Assembly (NCBI GenBank): GCA_965237955.1
Contig: OZ250169.1
Coordinates: 3,712,001-3,776,000, forward strand
Length of the DNA stretch: 64,000 nucleotides
Source: Candidatus Marinacidobacterales bacterium
GTDB lineage: Bacteria > Acidobacteriota > Vicinamibacteria > Marinacidobacterales > SMYC01
Direction: 5' to 3'
The notes beneath the pieces are model-generated. The model had not been told where the DNA came from. It was given only the letters and a program-made list of their open reading frames with translations, and ran no database searches. Shown piece after piece: positions 58,225-64,000 of the stretch (the stretch's first letter is position 1; the number at the start of each line of letters is the position of its first letter). A program made the translations under genes and the position numbers.

Positions 58225-61200
58225 GAGAAAAGGCCGCGATGGCACCTTTGCCTTCGGCTTTCAACAGCGCCTCGGCGAGCGAGTCGAAATACGGGAAGTG
58301 GAAGTAGCCGTTCAGGCAGTTCATCGTCAGCAGCAACGGTTGGCGTGACTGTGGTGAAAGCGCGCCCACGTTGCCGGTGTTGAATAGATTCTCGTCGGCC
58401 CACAAATGGATCGCGCCGTGACCGAGATAGCTCACGAGCGACGCTCCGTCGTCGAAGCTCTGGCGGATCGACGTGCGCGTCGACGTCGTGCCTAGCTCGT
58501 CGAGGTAAATCTTCGTCGTGGTCCGAGTCGCAAGAAGCGTCGATGCGATCTCCTCGGCGTCTCGAGCGAAGTTCCCTGCCTCGTCCGCGTCGTCAGCGAT
58601 GAGGACGAACGGTGCTTCTCCCGAGCGCTCGCCGGTCTCGAAGGCGATGATCTTGTTGACCATGACGCGCAGCTCGTCGGCCGATCGGGCCGGAAGCCGT
58701 CCGATGGCGACATCCGGCAGCAAGTCGTCGCCGTTCACGGCGGCGTAAGCGGGATCGGACGCGGTCCACAGGTAGCTCGTCTTCATCATGAAGGGCGGCA
58801 CCTGGTTGGTCACTCCGGTTCCGAGAGCGTCCTTGAAGTCGTAGGTGGCATCGCCGAGGAGCAAGACGTAGCGAAGCGACGGCGAGCGCCACTCGTGGTA
58901 GGCGTATGCGATGAAATCCCGCACCGCTTCGGGCGAGAGCTCACCGTAGCCGAACGCCGAGCCAATCTCTTCGATGGACGCCGTCCGTACGCGAAGGCCT
59001 TGTTCGCGCCGGTGTGCTATCAACGGCAACGCGACGCCGAGAAACGACTCGGGCCCGATGACGAGATAGTCGGTCTGACGGCGCGCCCTCTTCAATCGGC
59101 TCGCGCGTGGTGTTGGTGTTCTCAGTCCCGGTCGCATCACGCTCGCGATCGCCTGGTAGCGTCCGTCGTGCCGGAGGCCATCCCGACATGGCCCAACGCG
59201 GCGCGTCATCCCCATTGCCGAGCTCGATGACGTGGACAGCGTCGTCGAGTGCCGACCACGCGCGCGGATACTCGAGACGGAACCGGTCGAGCATGATCAT
59301 CGAGTAGGCGGCCCCGGTGTCGCCCACGTTCTCGATTTCGAGCTCGTTTTCTCCTTCCCGAAGAACGCCCGGCACAACCTCGGCCGCGAGCTTGTAAAGC
59401 GTTCTTTCCATCCCAATGCGCTTCGGCGATGAAGCTTCCGTTCATGTAGACGCGGACGTGATGATCGACCACACCGGAAATGTCACTCGTGCCCTGAAGC
59501 CAGAGCTCGAGACGCGACGGCTCCAAGACTGACACGGCCGCGAGATGGGGGCTCTCGAAACCAAAGCTTTTCCGTTCCGGCGCGAACGTCCCAGAGCCAC
59601 ACATCGGGAGCATTCACGAGCGTCGCTTTGATAATAACGATTCTCTTCACGCTCGACGGCGTGCCAATGAAACGTACCCCGTGGGCTCGTCGTCGAGTCG
59701 ACCACCTCCATCGTTTCACCGGCGGCGCCGAGCTCGAGCTCGTAGACTGCTTCTCGTCCGTACGGATTGGCTCGTTCTCCCTCGCTCCAGAAATAGAACG
59801 TGTCGCCCTCGATGTGGTATGGCACCGAGTTTCCTTGACGGCTCAGCCGAAGCTTCGACGTGCGAGCCCGCCGCCGCCCGAAAAGCTCCTGCAACGAGAC
59901 CGCGTAGAGCCCCCGCTCGACGGTTGCGAGATGCGCCACGACGCCACGCTTTCGACGGGACCTCACCTTGGATTGGATCTCGCGTCCCCGAAACACGAGC
60001 CGAACCCGGAGCTTTCGTGCTAGCCAAAGCCGTGAGCCGTCCCAGCTGAAGGGCGATAGCTCGACCAGAGCCTTTTTCTGCTCACCCTGGTACGCGAGCG
60101 TCACAACGCGCGCTCCCTCGCTTCGATAGATACGCCGTTGTCGCCGTCGACGTCGAGCGCGCACCGTACCCTCGGAAGACACGACGAGCTCCGGTGTCGC
60201 CGCTGAGGCTGGACGCAGCCCATCGAACGCCTCGACGTCGAGAGCGCGCACCGAAACGATCTCGACATTCCGGCCTGCTAGAGCGTCGATCCAGGCGCGT
60301 TTCGCAGGAAGCGATGTCCCGTACTCATCCAGCCCGGGAACGACGAGGCGCACCGTGCCGTCATCTTGCGGTATGGCGACGAAACCCGTCGTATCGAGCT
60401 CCAGAACCACGCCGCGTTTTCCCGGTAGCACTCGCAACGAGCTCGATTCCGGGGTGCCGTAGGTGATGCGCGAGGCGGTATCGTTTTCTTCCGCGACGTC
60501 GCCAGGCAGAGACACCCCGACTTGGGGAGTCGCGGCGACAGGCCCGTGTCGCTCGGTAGCCCCAGTCGTCTCGATGTCCTCGAGCTCATAGAAGTACGTC
60601 ACCCCGTTCACGAGACCCGAATCGAGATAACGATAACGTGCGCCGGACGGTGACGAGCCGAGCCCGGGGATCAAGTTGGACGTGATGCGCTCGTAGGGAC
60701 CCGCGGCGGACGGAGCGCGGTACAGATGAAAGCCGAGGTTGTTCAGCTCCGAGCCCGTCTCCCAATGGAGCTCGACCTCACTGTCGGCGCCGTTCGCGTC
60801 GAATCCAATCAGCTCGACCGCCGTGGGTACCGGGAGCGCGAACTCGAACCTCTGAGCGTTGGCGGTGATGTCGCCGCAGTACTGGAACAACAAGATGTCG
60901 GTCTTGACGAACGCTTCGACGGGAACCGTGGTGTAGGCGACCGCGGTCGCGGTGGGCTCTGACGTAGTACAGGTCGGGGCTACCGTTGACCGAGTACGTC
61001 GACCAGCCGGTGGGATCGGTCCAGTAAATCGTTCCGTCCGCAGTGAAGTCCGCAGTCTCGTCGGTGAAACCAAACCCCGCGAGGCTGGCCCATTGGATGC
61101 CGTTCCAGTACTCCCACACCAGCGTCGCCGTTCCCACGCCCCGTGTCGCGAGGGCGACGTTCAGACCGTGGAACTGCGAGTCGGCGCCGAAGTACAGATA

Positions 61201-64000
61201 CCTTCCACGGCTATTCCCATCGACAGCGTTGAAATTCAGCGTGTAGTTCCTCGCACCACTCGCGAGGTACTCGCTGGCGTTCGTCTCGAGTCCGCCGTGG
61301 GCGAGCGCGTCCGGCGCCGCGGTAGAGCCGCCGTAGCTTCTGACCTCGTCGTAGATTCCCGGGCCGAAGTCGCCGCTCCCGTCCGTGTTGTTACCGATAT
61401 GGAAGCTTCCGACGGTGAGGTTCGCGGCGACGTAGTCGCTCGCTGCATCCGTGTGAGGAGGTTCGACGCCGTTGATGTAAAGCCGCTGTTGAGTCCCGAG
61501 CCCCGCGGTCTCGTCCCACTCGATCCGCAAATGTACCCACTCGGCAGCCTGCCACTCGTAGTCTGCGGGATCGACCGAGAGGTCCGATGTCACCCCGCTG
61601 GCGACGATACGGAAGTGGAGGCGGTTGTCGGTGACCGTCTTCTGGATGTACCAGGCGTTGCTCGCGTCGACGAAAAAGCCGCCTATATCGCGCCCGACGC
61701 CGTCGTCGTGATCGTAGGTGGGCTGGAACCAGAATTCGAGCGCCCCCTGGAATTTGTCGAAGTTGCTCGTGGGGAAGGCCAGGGTTTCCGAGTTCGCGGG
61801 CATGTTGGCGCCGTTGCCGTGCCGACCCGGAACGTAGGTAATGCCGCCGCTCGCAAAACCTCCGGTGCCCACGTCGGGAGTGGTCGTCCACGCGGCGGCG
61901 TTTTGCGCGGTCGAGTGCCACAAGAGCGCGTCGGCGAAGTAGCTCCGCGACACCGGCTTGACGTCGGCCTGGAAGTCGACCCCTTGGGCTAGCGGACTGG
62001 CTTGAAGCGTTACCGTGGGCGATCGAAGCGAGTGCCACTCGCGGATCTTGAAAAACGGCGCATAGCGCGTGGCACCGCCGCCGCCATCGATGTCGACACG
62101 GAGCGTGGGGTCCATCGACGGATCCGCCTGCATCACGTAGGCGGCTTCGCCCTCGTTGAAGTCGTCACCGGCACCGGTGCTCTCGCTCGCGTGCGTCCAC
62201 GCGCTTCCGATCCCGATGGTGAGCGGATCGGGCACGCGATAGTCGGCGCTGCGCGCGGTGACGGCTGGGTCGGTATTGTTCAACAGCGTCCGAGGACGGA
62301 AGTACGTGAGGACGTTCCAGGTCTCGACATCACCCGCGCCGAGTACTTGGCCAGTCGTGTCGATCCAACCGGGGTTGACGCGCTCGGCGAATGATTGAAA
62401 GAACCAGTTCGTGCTGTCGGCCGTCGCCGAGTACCCGTTCACCGTGTCCCAGTCCTCGTGCAGTACGTACAAGAAGTCGGTCCGCACCGGCGGAGGTCCG
62501 CTGTTGTCGATGACGGCGAGCAGAAAATCGTCCCCTCCACCGCCCGGAGAGACCAGGCTCGTCTCGCTCGAGACGACCCGGCCGCTGAGCGGTCCGGCCG
62601 ACGTCTGATGCATCATCGACTCGACGTACTCGGTCGTGTAGGTGACGGGCGCCGTCGTCTTGCGCGTCCAGCGCAGGCCAATCTTGCCAGAAGGAAGAAT
62701 GGTGTAGTCACCTGTTCCTTCGACTCCACCGAGACGCACATTCACGTCGACGTAGTCCGAGAGCTGTCGCACGCGAACCCGGGTCGGCGTTGCCTCGAGT
62801 AGCTCCAGATAGCCCGCCAGATCTTCGCCGGCGTTGAAGAACGGAGCGCCGACTCTCATACCCGCGTTATGAAGTCCCATCGAGCTGCCGCTTCCGATGA
62901 GCGCCCCGGCGAGGTCGTTCGCTTTGCCGGGATCCTCCTGGAGGTCGTACATCTCCCGAATGCTGCCGCCGGCCGCAGTGTGGAATATCATCTCGAAGTC
63001 AGCCGGGGCAGCAACGGTGATGCTGTTTCCGGTCTCGCTCACATTCAAGGGAGCGCAACTGCCGGCGACGAAGTCGACGACGAACCAGCCGATGTCGGCA
63101 GTAGCGGTGTCGCCACCCGTCGTGCCTCTCGTGATCTGAAGGTTGGTGTTGCTCGTCAGATCCAGCGTGAACCAACCGACGCCGGGGTCGTCATCGGTCG
63201 CGAAAGAGGATCGACCACCACGAGCATGGTAGCCGCCTGCAGCGATGGATGAGCCCGCGTTGGCGGCCGATCCGAGGGTCACGTTCCTCTGTAGCTCGGT
63301 GGTGGTGAAGGGCTCGGTGTTGTGCTGCACCGTCGCGGCGTCGGTAAACTCCACGAGATACCAGGTGAGCTCGACGCTGGAGCCGGTGTTGTTGCGGTCG
63401 AAGGTCAACGTGCTCCCGTTCGTTACCACGCCGCGCACGAGGGTGCGTCCGATGTCGGGCGGCGACGTGACGGATTCGTGGCTGAAGACGAGCCAGGACT
63501 TCGAAGTGTCCACCGGGGGAACGAGTGGTGCCGGAAGTGAGAGATCGCTCGAGCTGAATACCACGTCGCCGGTTTGCACGTTGGCATCGAAGTACTCCAC
63601 GACTTGCCACTCCACGAAAGCGGCCGTGCCCGCATCCTGGGCAAACAAGCGGAGGTTCGTTGTCGTCGTCAACTTGGCGCGGATGGTGTCGCCGCTATCG
63701 AACAAGGACCCATCGGTGCGGAAGCTGATCAGGGGAAAGCTCTTCGTCAGATCCACCGTGGAGATCGGGACGTCGGTGTCGGCCGGATTCAGGGGCTCAG
63801 GCATTTGGAGGGTACCGCGTTGGACGTTCACGCCGCTCAGAAACTCGGCGACATACCAGTGAACGGTGACGTTTCCGGTGGTGCCGAGCCGCGAGAACGT
63901 GACGGTGGTGGAGTTCGTGAGCTGCCCACTGACTTGGATGCTGTGCGGCGTATTGCTGCTGCCGCTGACACCGAAAACGAGAAAGCTTTTCGCCGGAACG

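Larger units (their letters stand above)
56702..64000 (-). pseudogene. Giant extracellular protein (about 90-aa beta repeats, LamG-like domain, PTAVEL Ig-like domain) fused to a C25 gingipain-like peptidase; multiply disrupted; 5' end beyond window
   Basis: ORF pieces 60778-64000, 59442-61073, 59206-59613, 58941-59411 and 58169-59215 join by frameshifts; LLLGD, IGRLP, YLGHG and MNCLNG motifs; tail ...YHLFGDPALRL recovered after removing IS630 and the MITE. Confidence 0.82.

Overview
This is a GC-rich bacterial window, probably Acidobacteriota-like (inferred from gene content only). 1-12.2 kb: secreted catabolic enzymes (three BNR/VPS10-type beta-propeller glycosyl hydrolase-like genes, two of them recent duplicates; a secreted acetamidase; a divergent gamma-glutamyltransferase). 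12.4-28 kb: an operon encoding an atypical soluble SdhA/TfrA-like flavoprotein, a 2Fe-2S-only partner, a four-subunit molybdenum hydroxylase and a Liv-type ABC importer. It is preceded by a tandem 38-bp leader repeat and split by IS256 and a defective IS21. 28-31 kb: two Tat-signal FMN alpha-hydroxy-acid dehydrogenase homologues flanking a six-CxxCH cytochrome c. 31-41 kb: tandem GH2 lipoproteins, a Tat PLP enzyme and an S10 peptidase. 41-64 kb: an IS-eroded region (two IS5 copies, an ISL3 nested in another ISL3, IS630 with two related MITEs) around trkAH, acs and pepA, truncated wza/kinase/lhgO genes, and a giant decaying surface-protein/C25-peptidase gene. I saw no rRNA, tRNA or CRISPR array. 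The best candidates for undescribed systems are the Mo-hydroxylase/mini-reductase operon with its tandem leader, the periplasmic flavoenzyme-hexaheme module, and the surface-protein/C25 fusion. All product calls come from motif recognition without database searches.
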